NCBI GenBank assembly: GCA_965235115.1
Contig: OZ249447.1
Span: 22,258,001-22,322,000, forward strand
Length of the DNA stretch: 64,000 nucleotides
DNA from: Laetmonice hystrix
Taxonomy: Eukaryota
Direction: 5' to 3'
Shown: one piece after another, positions 23,867 to 37,584 of the stretch
Layout of the letters: each line of letters begins with the position of its first letter
How positions within the stretch are numbered: position 1 is the first letter of the stretch
Made by a program: the position numbers and the translations under genes
Notes under the pieces: generated by a model
Told to the model about the DNA's origin: nothing
Database searches by the model: none
Seen by the model: the letters and a program-made list of their open reading frames with translations, nothing else

Positions 23867-26800
23867 GTAAGTTAAAATCATGCTCTACGAAGATCAGCGG
23901 CTGTGCTTCCTGGAAGCTGAAACTAGAAAGTCTTCCTAAAGTATGAAATCCGTAACCTTTTCTTCTCAAAGTTCCCTCATGTCGTGTCGTGTGTATTTCA
24001 CATGCATTGCAAGCACTCTTCAAGAGTAACGTAGTAGTTATTTCCTGTCAGGTCATAGCATGTGAGATTGATTTGACATTGTGGGTTGTGTGTTTGTTTT
24101 GATGTCAACCTAACATTACGTGTAAAGAGTTGGTTTTGTAGCGGGTTAATGCTAGCCCCAGTGACACTCCCCCCTCCTGGAGTGATCACGTGGTGCCGAC
24201 CATTAAGGGCCAGTGGCCAATTAACGGCGTGCTCACATCGCCTACAGAAGCCAAGCCTCCAGTAATGCGGGTCAGACCTCGGCGTGTGCACATGGCATGC
24301 GGGACCCCGTTTGGGGGGAGGTTGTGAAGGAACCAATGGCGGACAATTTGTGTTGTGTTGGCGTGTCAGAAAGAAACCAGCAATAATGGCCGACTGACTG
24401 ACCGCACAGGTGTCGTCGGCCGGCAAGCGGAAACACTTCCGGAAGACGATTCAGCTGGCATTGTTCAGGTGGTTTTTATGCGACCTCAACTATTACAGAT
24501 GCTGAACTCATGTTTGACAGCTGCGGAGACAAAAGTTTGTCTTGACATGTCCTCCTCACACACTGATACAGGCACTGCCTTCCTGAGTTGTTGAGATCTC
24601 GACATACCAATAACGGTTCGATTTATTACGAACTGAATTGGGGCTGGGTTCCTGGTTTCCTACTCCCCTCAGCATCCGTCGAAATCAGAGTGCCGATCAC
24701 AATGCTTCTTGACTTGAAGAGACCCTGTCGACAGAGAATTGACCCCACAGCCTTTCTGTCCGTCTCTGAAGCCATACAAAAACTGACCAAGTGTGGAGAC
24801 CGGTGAATGGACCATCCAAAAATACCACCGGAAGACTTTAGTGTCGAGTTAAGCGTCCCCCCGGTTCACCTGCCTTGGTCCTTCACTCTTCACCCACACC
24901 GGGGTGTGTTTTTTCATTTGGGGTGAATCTTTTTATTTACAACAAGTGTAGAACATAATCATAATCCTCCAGAGAAACTTGTATGTGTGCATTATGTACG
25001 CAGTCCTACACAGGCACGTCCGTGTTTATACAGCACGCCCGTTGATGACGGTACGTCAAGAATTGGTTCAGTCTGGAAAAACTCGCCATTTCAGAAGTTA
25101 CAGTTGGTAAATTTTGACAAATAAGAAATATGGATGGTAGTTCTGTCCTGTCACCAAATCTGTAATGTGAACAATATTAGTTGAGGTAGTTTGTGGGAGT
25201 AGAATTTCCTGCTGTGAGCTGATAGCCGAATGTTTTGACTCATTTGTCACTGGAAGTTTGGTGTTAAAACACCACGTCCGTTGATGACGGTACGTTTTTA
25301 ACGTGATGAAGTGGCGTCCGCAGTGACGTCACTCCACACCTGTCGTCCTACGTACGTCTCGCTCACCACGTGGAGGGTCGAGTGCTTTGATTAACGTTAT
25401 CCCGCCATCCATCCAATTCTTGGTTAGAAAACCACAGTTTTCGACAGGCGGTGGCAATACCTGCCACGATCCATCTAATTACCTCTGAAGCCACATATTA
25501 ATTCCCAGTTAGCACCGGCATCTTTATGTATGGCCTCTGCTACACAGACCAGCTTTGCCGTGGTTCTGTTATTAATGGCAGTTGTAGAGATTCGAGACCA
25601 GCCACGGCATTGCAGGTGACTCAGACCAGCCAAAAACTGTTGGGGCTGGAAGCCGTATGATTGGAGGGGAGAGGGTTCATAAGATGGCTGGGGGAGGGGT
25701 TCGTGTTTTACTTCTCCCAGTACTTCACTGAAGAGAACTTCTCATGTCTAAGTTTAGCTGTGTATGAGGTGGACGGAGGTATCGTTTCTCCACTACGATC
25801 AGGGTTGTCAGAAAGGAGCCTGGGATACAGCAGCTAAGTAAAGGGAGCAACACTGAAAGACGGTAGGGCTCACTTCATTTCAATAATCTCGGCGGTATTT
25901 GTATAAGTCGTCATCTTGGTGAGGTTTACCCAAGTCATAATCTGTATCAACTTCTTTTACCATCAGTACTACTTATAGAGGGCATGTTATTTTAAAGCAC
26001 CCAATAGGAGAAGAATTCTATTCTGAATGACATTATTCAGTCCTGCGTAACTTAAGGATCCATAAATACTATCGGGTGCACTGACACTGTGCCCTTTAGA
26101 AACTCATTGAAAACATGCACAGCTTACCTAGTAATTGGACTCTTGTCCAATAAACTATCTCATATGTTCGCGTGAATGTGCACCATTCATCGAAATGTAA
26201 CGGGTTTTTTAGCAGAAGCCGATCACATTACCACTAGAAAGTGACTTTACGTGTGAAAGGTAAAATGGTGCATTACTAAGCCTCATGTTTTCTATGTACG
26301 AATGGGAAAAAATTGGGGTGAGGTTGGGTGGAGTACGAACGGGACCAGCACTGACAATGGTCAGCAATCAACGGCCAGCCATGTTCACTCAGGGACAACT
26401 GGCCAAATAACGTCAGTTGGGATTTAATAACGGCGTGTTCAACATTGCAGACTGGGATTTACTAACCATATTGAGGCGGAGGTCAGGGCCCACCATGGTA
26501 GATCCACGCAGTAGATTGATCCCACGGACCAGTCCAAGTGTTTGCTAAATGCCAGCAGGGGTTGGCATTGAATCCGTCCCACATGTTTTAATTGGGGTGT
26601 TTAGTGACGGGGTTATGATGGAGCTGTCATTGTGTTGGAGAGAGTGTCAGGTCAGGGGGGTATTCCTCACACCCCGACCGGCCCTGCTGCTGCTGCTGCT
26701 GACCAGAGGGCGGCCACCCCATCCTCATCCTCACCCTCACCCCCCTTCCTAAAGCTCTGACCTCCATCACTTTCCCAACTGACCTGACCTGATTCCTCAC

Positions 26801-29800
26801 ACTTTTTCAAAATTGGAACCAAGTGGTCGACATCTGGGTGGGAGTTTGAGATGACCGCCAGCAACTGATATGTGTCTGGTGGAGCCCCGGAGCAGGAATC
26901 AGTCGGGGGGAGAGGTTGAGGAGTAGAAAGAGGAGTGTTAGGAACGGGTGGTGGGGAGATTGGTTGGAGGTGGCGGTGGGGAGAGGGCGCTGGGTCAGTC
27001 CCGAAATGTTTTCCTGATGGCCCTACATTAACCTAGCAGGTGCCCGTCGAAATCATTGGCGGGGACTATAAGTTGTGCTCAGTCGGATCCTCTGGGGAAG
27101 GGCAAGGGGAGAAGAGTTTGACACCTGCTGGCTGCGCAGGTCAACAGGATAGGAAGGACTGGTGGAGAGGTATGTCTGAACCTACAACGGCCAGGCTGAC
27201 CCGTACCAACCAACCCGAACTAAACACCAACCACCATCAAAACATTTCAACCGTGCTTGTAAGATTTGGATGAAAATGTTTGGTGGGGGAGGTGGGGCTG
27301 ATTGAAAGTTTCTATGTGTACTAACCAATTCTTTCCTCACCGGCTTCCACCCCCTGCTGACTGACCCTGGGGTGGAGCTGGTCATTGTTGAAGTTGGCAC
27401 AGAGGGAGATAAGGGTTAGTTGGGAGGGCTGCTCAGTTTACCCCGATACCTTTGATGTGAGTGAGGGGCCTGGTAGACCTCACCCGCCGTCGTCTGGTCG
27501 TAGAGTGCAGTCTCTCTCCTTCCCCCACTGACACATACACTGACAGGAATCCAGTCTTGTCATGACGTAACCTGGCCAATGTTTATGTGTGCCCAATATC
27601 ACCATGACCGTTATTGACACACAAGTAATCACGACCTACATTATGTAGAAGTCTTGCAGCCTGCCAATTCCATAGCCGTGCAGTTAGTATAATCCGTGCT
27701 TTGATTTCATGGCAACAAATGCCTCCAAAAGATAACATTTTTAAAGAATTAATTATCTATGACAGGAAGCCTGTCTTGGGCTGTCAGTGGTGTTTGTGTC
27801 CGGCGTATCGAGAGCCTGTCATTATCAGGTTTACTCTTGAGCCAGGCAGGAAGGTGATAATGACAGGCCTGGCAGAAGTAGGCCAAGGTTGGCAGGCTCT
27901 TGTTTTCGTTAGATACCCATCAAGATGGCGATAGGCGGCGGTTAGCTGGGCACCGTGACAGAACCTGGACCCCACATCACCTGTTCATGTTAGAACGCTA
28001 CCCGCGTCAGTCCATTCAACGGCACAGATGATGGCGTTTTTTCCCGCGAACATTTAATGAAGGGAACGATGCCAGAAATCAAGCAGAAGTTTTGCACAAC
28101 CGCCCATTGTTTGGCTACGGCATGAATGTAGGTTTCCAACTTTGTTTGCTTGTAACTTTTCAAAGACGTTATGTTATGGCAGCGTCTTGATGTGGTTTAC
28201 AACTGATATGGCAGTGCGAGTGAACTTATGCTTTGTAATCGGAGAAGGAAAGGTAGGGAGGATACCAAACAAAATGTAGCACGATAAAAACAGCCCGCTC
28301 ACTCAACAACTTCTCGTCGGACGGCTGGGAATTGTCCAGGAGTGATGTTAGCTTGGTCCTGAGTGTAGGAAACGAACCCGATACCCGGAGACCACAAATG
28401 GGACACAGTTTATTATTTAAATATTTGCAGGGTATATAGCAGAGCCCTATGTGCCCAGCGATGGGGTTGGCGCCCTCACAACATGCCCCCCTCCCTCCGT
28501 CTTGACCCAGCCTGGGGGCATGGAAACAACCCTCTTAATTCAAACAGTCACACTTCAAAGATCACAACCTCGCCACTTTCTGATAACTGACTTCCAACTG
28601 ATCCTCCACCTCTGAAGGTCAGACCTGGCGAGAGACACAGCTTGAGAGATGGAGATGAGGGGAGTAAGACGGTAGACTCCACTCACCGGGATTACTGTTA
28701 GCCGGTCTTACCTTTCTCCTGAAAGGTGGGCTAGGGGAGTGCTTTATGATAGTGTACCTAATGCTAACTAGCAAGTTTGAGAGTAAAGCGCACCAAGCCA
28801 TTAAAACGGTCGTAGTCAAGGGGAATGTGTCAGTTAGGTCTGAAGGATAGAAGAATATATGAAGAATAGAACCTGGGGGAAATTGAATACAGGTATGACA
28901 GCTTGTGTCTGAGTAATGTCGGGAAAAGGATTAAGCAAATCGGTCAGGTAGAATAAGTCTGACCTATTAAAGTATTTATATGTTACAAACTAAATGAATG
29001 GATAGGATCATGTGTTCTTGGATTTACCTCTAAGCTGATGGTGCAAAACGTGAATATCAGGAGTATAAAGAACAATTTAAAAGGTATGTTCCAATAAGAT
29101 TAGTTTAAGATCAACAAGGCACCAATGTCAGGTCCACACTTATTAAATGTGTCTTGCCCAAGGCATGTGGCATGCGAGTCTTTCTTCTGCCGGTAAGAAT
29201 GTTGTTTATTGATCCACTTATAAAAGGTCATTGGGCTCGTCATATTTGACACCATCAATCTTCATCTCGAATTGTTAATCTTTTCTAGTAGACAGAGAAA
29301 AGTACCAATACAATTAAAACGTGTCACTTGAAGCTATAAGACAACGACCTATACCCTGGACGGGTGACAAGTCTGACTGGCCGCCCGCCCTCGGGCGTCA
29401 AGCGACCACAATTGTCAGGGTGGGCATTCAGTTCGGAAAGTTTACGCATTCGAAGTCGGTCGTGAAATGACGAATAAATGATGTTGAAATTTGAGGGAGA
29501 GAGCCCCAACCTTTGCGGTGTCGAACCTGCGGAGAGCCATCATGTACAAGTGGTCAATCAATGGTTGACATGTTAAACGGTGCTGGGTCGTATGTCAGTG
29601 ACATGTGGGTCGTTAGGTACGGGGAGGGTGATCGTAACTTTGGAAGTGTGTATGATGGTGGAGGCCTAGTGATGTACAACTGTGGGCCGCCAACACGGGC
29701 CAGTCAGAGCACAGCGACAATACCTTCATGGTACTTTGTCCATAACTCCCTGTGTGTGACATGATTTGTCTATTAACATGGTTAATGATGGTGATGTGAG

Positions 29801-32800
29801 CATGCGTGTCATGTGCGGTGGAAGACAATGACGTCCAAACCGGCGGGTGGCGACGGCGGCGGGTGGCAAGGGCGGCGGGTGGCAAGGGCGGCGGCACTAC
29901 GTGCAGCCGGATCCCTGGTGTTGGTCGGTCACTAACCTGACATACGAATGTCATATAGTCAGTTGTTAGACACTGATTTGGTTTTGACATTCTGACCTTG
30001 TGCCGATATCTGTAAAATGATCTTTTAGACGCCGAGACAATATTTTTAAAACGGGGCAAGTGAAAATTTCTTTATAACCATCGGATGATTGACATAGCAT
30101 AATATATGCCATGAATACTAGCTCATGTTATAAATATTGTCATGCAGGAAAAAGATGACAGGATGTATGCGTTCGAGATTTTCATGATGCGTCGGGTCAT
30201 GACATGAATTAGTTTATGGTAATTAAACATTTATATTGTTAGACAGGTGGACAGGAGAGATTGACTACACGGGACGGGAAAGTAGCATTATTGACATGGT
30301 CTCTCGTTTCTATTGAATATATGTCCTGCCACCATAGCCTGCCAGGCATCTATGGCCACAAACTAAACACACAGACGTCAAGCTAAACGACGTCTGAAAT
30401 TATTTTGGGCGGGGTTTGGAAACTGCTGAAAAATTCGACGTAGAGGACCGCTCTTCATTGAGTAGAAGTTATAGAAGGTGCCTCCTCAATGTTTTTCACT
30501 CTGATTGATCCATGAGATCGTTGACAGATTCTGGCTGTGATCAGTGGTAAAGACTTGCAGGTTAGTCTATAAGATTATTATCGATAGAAGTGAGTGACTA
30601 TACCAGTCTGGGAATGATGGGGCCTCATCACAATGTTTGTTTCAAGGTAATTGTTATGAGAATCCGACAGTTAAAGACTACCCTATTTGTGTCGGCTTAT
30701 ACCCATGATCTGACGCTAATACTAGCGTCTGCATGCATGAAGTGAGCTTTAATATTCCAGCTGGGGAGGTTGGTTTTACTTATGGCACAAAACGTGCCGC
30801 TTGTTATCGGCAACATGTTACTTTGATCTTCGCACCCCGTGGACCTGACAGGGTCAAGTTTGGTCACGTGACCCGTGCAGGCGACGCTGACAGGCTTCCA
30901 GAAACAGAAGAACTAAAATAGAAGTGTTTGTTTTAGATCATTCTGCATTCATGTAGAAAGAGAGAAAAAAATAACGGCCAAACGGTTCATTGAAGTTCTC
31001 AAGGCATGACAGATACAAGATCAAAAGGGAGTTCAAGCCTAGATGACCGCAAGTGTAGTGAGTTATATAATGCGTGACAATTGATGCTGACATGACTGTG
31101 TTTAAGTACATTCGACACATTTGATGCAAGTACAACCTTTTTAAAAACAATCTGAGCATCAGAAAAAATAAACATAGATCAGAATCTGAGGATTCCTGAT
31201 CAAGACTTCTGATTTACAACAATCGAAAGGAGCCAACCACATTGTCAGACCAATTGGCCCCACAGTCGCATTTACGTTTCGGTGGTGTCCCTAACCGCTG
31301 AAATGGTCAGCCTGAAACAAGTCAGAAAACAGCCGGTAAATCCCATTCAGATTTAGGTTTCTTTTAGGACAAAGACACATACATGTACGGTGGGTGTTTG
31401 GTGTAACAAGTCAAGGCCTGTAATCCACCGGGAGGATTATCCCGTGTAACTGTTACCATAGCAGGATGTTGTAAGAGAATCCTACCAAGTAAACTTGGGC
31501 ATTAATTAGAGCCATAGAGATTATTCTTTGTGCCATGTGAAGGTATTTAGAGAGATAAGAATAGAGACTGATACTGTTTATTTCTGATTTAGTTGGATCG
31601 TTAATACCTCGATTATTGTAATGCGATGTGAATTGGTGTGATTGCAGAAGGCACAAAGGGAGCCGTTGTGAAGCTTAGTTTTTGAACAACTTTATATTTT
31701 GTCGCCATAAGGAATCTCTCTCCACGCCCCGAAAAAAAGAAAGATTTGTCGAGATAGAAGAGCATCTAACTAAATCTTTCTAAAGGGTCTGAAGACTAAG
31801 TCAATTAGATTTCCTGAAGCTAAGCTGACTTAAAAAAAGGATTTAAAGTCTAGGATTACCAATCCCGCCAGCTCACAGACTGCATTGTTAAAGGTAGGAA
31901 TTTGGGGACTCAGGTGGTCACATTAAGTTTGACACAGAAACTCTACCCATACCGACATCAAAGCACGGCCAGCTTTGCCTAGTCACGACTGTGTTCTCAG
32001 GCACATCGCTGGTAATTATATGGGTAAACATATCGTATGGGCAATTGGGCAGTTGAATCAAGTGAGTTCTTGCACGTGGGCTGAGGGAGCGCTTAGAGGA
32101 GGATTCGTCTCAAGAACATACTGGTATCTACATTCATCAACATGCTTCCCCGCGTTTACATCCGCATGAGGAGAGACGTGCACATCCATGGGGTAAATTC
32201 TTTGGATTGAAACCAGAACTGGAGACTCTAGGAGACACTGTGATGGTTTTTGTCCGGTAGTGTTTGGTCCGAGGTTAACTGTATGCTTTCCGAACCAGTA
32301 AAGCAGCCATAATCGGTGTTAGGGACGTATTTATCAGAAGTCGTGATTCACAGTTATGGACCCCCTTCAGAAGGGTTAACTTTGAGGTCAGACCTGTTAA
32401 ACATACCAACCAGCAGGAGGTGTGATACACCCGAGTCATACGACATCCCATCAGTTGTTGGACAGAGTATCTTTTATCGGTTTCCATGGCGCTAGGGTTT
32501 TGTTTTAGAAAAATATATGACTAATGTCATGTTTGAGGCATTCATGTCGACCAGAAGCCAAGACCCCAGCTGGGGTTGAGTGGCTGTCATTTTAGGCTGT
32601 CCAACCGAATGGATTGTTTTTATTACCAAAGCGAGGCGACCTATTGACACTGCCTGGCTGATGTGACACAAAGTATACTTACCTTAGAACGGGGCTGTAA
32701 TAGATTGTCTTTCAGTTGCCCTTATGCTTTCTTTTCTTCAGAAATTGTCACTTTGAGTGTTTTTTATTCAGTGAGATGAAGTTAATGTCGTTATGACCTT

Positions 32801-33051
32801 GGGACGACATATTGCAAATAGCGCGAACCTCATAGAGTATTATCTTAAATGTATTATATATCGACTCTTTGTAAGGCAAACGAAAACATGTCGCGTTTGC
32901 TCGGAGGCAAACTATCCCTTAACTGTCAGAATAACACTTGGATATGTGTGTATGCAGGGAACAGGCTGTGTTGGATCAGTAATCTCGGCAAAATGATTGT
33001 ACTCGGACTAAAGTTTGCCGAGCAATCAGAACACGGCAGTACCAACACCTG

Positions 33052-33221
33052 TCAATAGGGGGCGCCCCGCTCGTGGATCAGTTTAAGTTTATTATATAAT
33101 ATAGACAAGTTGTCTTGATGGCTGTCTTACAGTCGTCACGTGATCGAGAACTCCCAGGCCGTAACCGTCTCCAGGATAGCACCTTCCGGTTCCGGTATTA
33201 GTAACCCACGATCACGTGACG
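33052..33221. promoter_or_regulatory. Compact regulatory-like module: CTCF-like word, inverted E-box pair and ETS-like words
   Basis: tcaatagggggcgc at 33052-33065; cgtcacgtgatcg at 33134-33146 with its exact reverse complement at 33209-33221; ttccggttccgg at 33184-33195. Confidence 0.35.
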
Positions 33222-33400
33222 TAGTGAGAGGCCATAGAGAGTATACCAACCCTGACCACGAGATAACCCCAGATCTACCGACATCTGTACAAGGTCTAAC
33301 TTTGTCTTACAAAAGATTTTAACATCAGAGCATATATCATCCGAACTAGGAACTATCGCAGATCAGATTGGCAAGATACAAGTTTATTTGAAAGTGCTGT

Positions 33401-33599
33401 GACCACAACAGTGGGGAAATCCACGAGGACCACAACAGTGGGGAGATCCACGAGGACCACAACAGTGGGGAAATCCACGAGGACCACAACAGTGGGGAAA
33501 TCCACGAGGACCACAACAGTGGGGAAATCCACGAGGACCACAACAGTGGGGAAATCCACGAGGACCACAACAGTGGGGAAATCCACGAGGACCACAACA
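33401..33599. repeat. Minisatellite, 27-bp unit, ~7.4 copies
   Basis: Unit gaccacaacagtggggaaatccacgag. It explains the four overlapping repetitive ORFs in the track (TTTVGKSTR, SSWISPLLW, VVLVDFPTV, CGPRGFPHC). Confidence 0.97.
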
Positions 33600-35073
33600 A
33601 AGGAACTGGATAAGACAAAGGGTCGATGGTAACTTCCGGTTGGTGATGGCGAAGGTGCGAGATGAGGCGGTGTAACGTTTCGGGACCGGATTGGTTCCAG
33701 TTGGTTGTCCCACGTGATCCTTGATACCGGTACCTGAATGTCACGGTACTGGTGGTGGTATTCCAGCCTCCAGTCGGTAAGGACGACTCCATACAACACA
33801 CAACCTCCCACACGAGTCCCAGGGAGTCCGGCCAGATAAAGTATGTGTTTCTGTGGTTTCCCCCAGGATAATAAAACTTGGCAAATAGCATTGAGGTGTG
33901 ACTAGGTCAATGGGATATCTACTTTTGTCAAACAAGGTGTAGGTTTGTTTGAGCCAAGCTCCACACGTCTTGGCTAATCATGGCTGACGTTTGTGGCCGG
34001 TCACAAGCACACACAAAAACTGGACGGCGGTCGGTTTCAATGGTTGGAATTACAAACATTTCCTGTGGAAATTACATGTATTGACCATGAGAAGTGGCCG
34101 GCATGTGGGGCAATGAATAAAGATGACTGGGTCCCGCCGTCCAGGAAGCCAAGGCCAGGTGGTCGGAGGGCGCTGAGCCAGACAGAGGGCAGGTAACTGT
34201 AGACGACTCCTCCCAGAGGGAGGGGGGCTGGTCACATAACGCGCCTTTTGTCCATACATGAGATGGTAATGTATTGGTGACATAGTGCAGGGTGGTCAGT
34301 GTTGTATTGCTACCCTGGTCTCCCCGTCCTCAGTGTTGATGTTGGAGCTTGACGACCTAACAGTTCCCCAGCGATCCCCAGAACGTAACCCCCAGGTGTG
34401 CGCCCACTCCCAGACTCCAGCCGCTCCAGCCGCTGACGTAACCAAGCCGCAAATTAGAAATTCAATTAATGCCGCTGTGGAGCAGTCTTAGTGAGATTGG
34501 TAACATTAGGACGGCTACAGATTCGATTGGATCCCCGTACGAGGATAATGAGTTAATTTTCTGCCGCATTTGACCGAGCTGAGGGAATGGAGTCACGATT
34601 TTCCGCTGACCAAGCGCTGACCGGGGTTCATTGAAGGGCTGTATCTGGATGTAGCGAGGTCTAGCAGCTGTTTAGGCTGACTGAACGTTTAGACACGAAA
34701 TAGGATGGTAGTTGCAGTGAACCCATGACCCGGGGTCAGCGGAAGATTGAACAGGTAAGTACGATACCTTTGTTTCGGTACCCGACGTGAATTCTGCTTA
34801 TTAAGGTTCACTCCAATAAACACAATACAGTGTTTAATATTTTGTGAAATTGAATCTATCTGCTATCGAATTAAATGGTATGATTATCTGCCCGGTGCCA
34901 GGGTTTCATCTCGGAAACTCGTTTGGTGTGGAGAATATAATAATGTCGACTCTTGAAAACCCCAGTCCATAGGGATCATTCCCTGACCACAAACCTGGAT
35001 CCTGCCCTAATGGGTAAGGTACTGAAAGAACTTTTTTGTTCCAAGGTGATGACTGATGATACATGTATCTCAT

Positions 35074-35960
35074 GAACAAGGTGTGGGACCATTTGTATGA
35101 GGAACCAGGTGTTAGGGACCATTTTGTATGAGGAACCAGGTGTTAGGGACCATTTTGTATGAGGAACCAGGTGTTAGGGACCATTTTGTATGAGGAACCA
35201 GGTGTTAGGGACCATTTTATATGAGGAACAAGGTGTGTTAGGTACCACGTGTATGAGGAACAAGGTGTTAGGGACCATTTGTATGAGGAACAAGGTGTGT
35301 TAGGGACCATTTTGTATGAGGAACAAGGTGTGCTAGGGGCCATTTGTATGAGGAACAAAGTGTGTTAGGGACCATTTGTATGAGGAACAAGGTGTGTTAG
35401 GGACCATTTGTATGAGGAACAAGGTGTGTTAGGGACCATTTGTATGAGGAACAAGGTGTGTTAGGGACCATTTGTATGAGGAACAAGGTGTGTTAAGGAC
35501 CATTTGTATGAGGAACAAGGTGTATTAGGGGCCATTTGTATGAGGAACAAGGTGTGTTAGGGACCATTTGTATGAGGAACAAGGTGTGTTAGGGACCATT
35601 TTGTATGAGGAACAAGGTGTGTTAGGGACCATTTATATGAGGAACAAGGTGTGTTAGGGACCATTTGTATGAGGAACAAGGGGTGTTAGGGACCATTTTG
35701 TATGAGGAACAAGGTGTGTTAGGGACCATTTATATGAGGAACAAGGTGTGTTAGGGACCATTTGTATGAGGAACAAGGGGTGTTAGGGACCATTTTGTAT
35801 GAGGAACAAGGTGTGTTAGGGACCATTTATATGAGGAACAAGGTGTGTTAGGGACCATTTGTATGAGGAACAAGGGGTGTTAGGGACCATTTTGTATGAG
35901 GAACAAGGTGTGTTAGGGACCATTTTGTATGAGGAACAAGGTACCATTTTGTATGAGGAA
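35074..35960. repeat. Minisatellite, ~32-bp unit (31-33), ~28 copies
   Basis: Unit gaggaacaaggtgtgttagggaccatttgtat, with variation in T-run and GT-run length. Confidence 0.97.
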
Positions 35961-37584
35961 CTCTCAGCAAGTACTGAGTGAAACGATCGCAGTTTACTGC
36001 CTCATTCCAAACGTTCCAGTCAAGCCGGTTACATCTGCCAGTAGTGTGTGTTTAAACATCTGGTCAGAAGGTTCTCCTCCCCTCTCTCCATCCCCGAGAC
36101 TCTCCATCCCCGAGACACAGAGAGAAAGAGACCCAGCCTCTGGAGTCCAGTAGAGAGAGAGAGAGAGAAGGATGGCTGTTAGATGTGCTGTAATGGGGGT
36201 GTCGACGGCTGTCGGCCACCGCCAGCCGCTCTAACGTGGCTTTTCTGGATGGTTAGTGAAGTGTAGCGACTGGTGGCGAGTCGCAGGGTTTGAGTGAGGC
36301 CTAGAGGAACTCTTCAGAGCAAACCCAAACCGCAGCTGTGTATAACAACCGCTGGCTTACAGTCAGCTCTAAATGTCCGCCTCAAAATAGATGATATCGA
36401 AGTGATTTCCCATCTCGCCTTCCCACCCCAAACCTCAAACACTTTATGAATTAGCCTGAATTGTGCGCGGCTTTCGTAATGGTCGCAGTACAATCGGCCC
36501 ATCATCAATTCACACCCCATCGGCAACGGGGCGCCATCTGACGGCGAATGGTGGTCAATAAATAGATGGTCCTGATGCAGCGGAAGATGAGGCTGGCGGA
36601 GGCGATGGGTGTTGCAGATGGCAGGAGAAACAACCAGCAATTGCTCCCAAGGTCCAACCACTTGAGTTCATCTGATTTAGCGGATTTCATGAATGGAAGC
36701 GTGATTCGTTCACCCCTGACCTGTGAGGTTTACCGTTCATGCCGCAATGAAGCGAGAATAGCGGCAGATGAAACAGGCGAAAAGCGTTTGTGAGCGGCGC
36801 GGGCGAGCTGTGTCGTCAGAGCCGTAAAGACTGTAATCTACCCCCGGCAAGGAGCTGGGTTAGTCGTAGAAAAATGAGCCGGCGGCAGTTGATGACAGGA
36901 GATTAGCAGCATTGTTAGTTTAACCCTGGCCTTGCATCAAGGCGGCGTGTTCGTCAGAGACAGGGTCTGAAGGGTTTAAACACAGTTTGACACAGACTGC
37001 ATGAGCTGTGATACATGTACATATTGATCATGTGGTGGAAATATAAAATGTGGAGACATTAGCTCTAAGATTCCTTTTCTAAACACCCAAACTTGCTTTC
37101 TGCTGCTAAATGGAAACTTGCAGATGCCAAATTGTCTTTTAGAACCATGACTTTAGATTGTCTCAATAGTGCTAGAATAACTAACTCCTGACTCAACATC
37201 CCTTTCTTGGTATCTTGGTAGTTAAAATATCTATAACATTTGATAACGTCAGTTGTTTGCGAAGGGGGTCAAGCAAACCCAGCGGAACCTTGGTAATCAT
37301 GCAACCGCTGCACTGTCGTAACCTCGGGCTCTCTTATTTGTGGTTATTCCCTCGTATCTCACAAGAATATTGCATGGCCAGTACGTCCCGTAAGTGTTAC
37401 ATCTGTTACAGGCGTGGCATTGTATGTTGAACAAAGCTGTCGCCAACTCATGCAAGGTTAGGCCAGGTGTTGGGAGTAAGGCAGGCTGCTGCCGACATGT
37501 TTCATCCAGACAGGTGTACCCCCGGCTCAGACAGATGATAACCACGATAAAAGTCAGGCGCGGGTAGAGATCACGTCAAGTAAA

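Noticed and set aside
25150-25170. let-7-like tgaggtagtttg, and miR-67-like tcacaacctg (~51180)
   Set aside because: Only seed-length similarity and no pre-miRNA hairpin.
29149-29163. gtgtcttgcccaagg, recalling a SINE CORE-type motif; also cagtttcctcatc (~41513) and atctgtaaaatg (~30008)
   Set aside because: These are 12-15-bp isolated matches with no tRNA-derived head or tail, compatible with chance.
34718-34754. Plus-strand exon candidate xEPMTRGQRKIEQ|gtaagt
   Set aside because: The donor is good but the acceptor lacks a pyrimidine tract, and no family is recognised.
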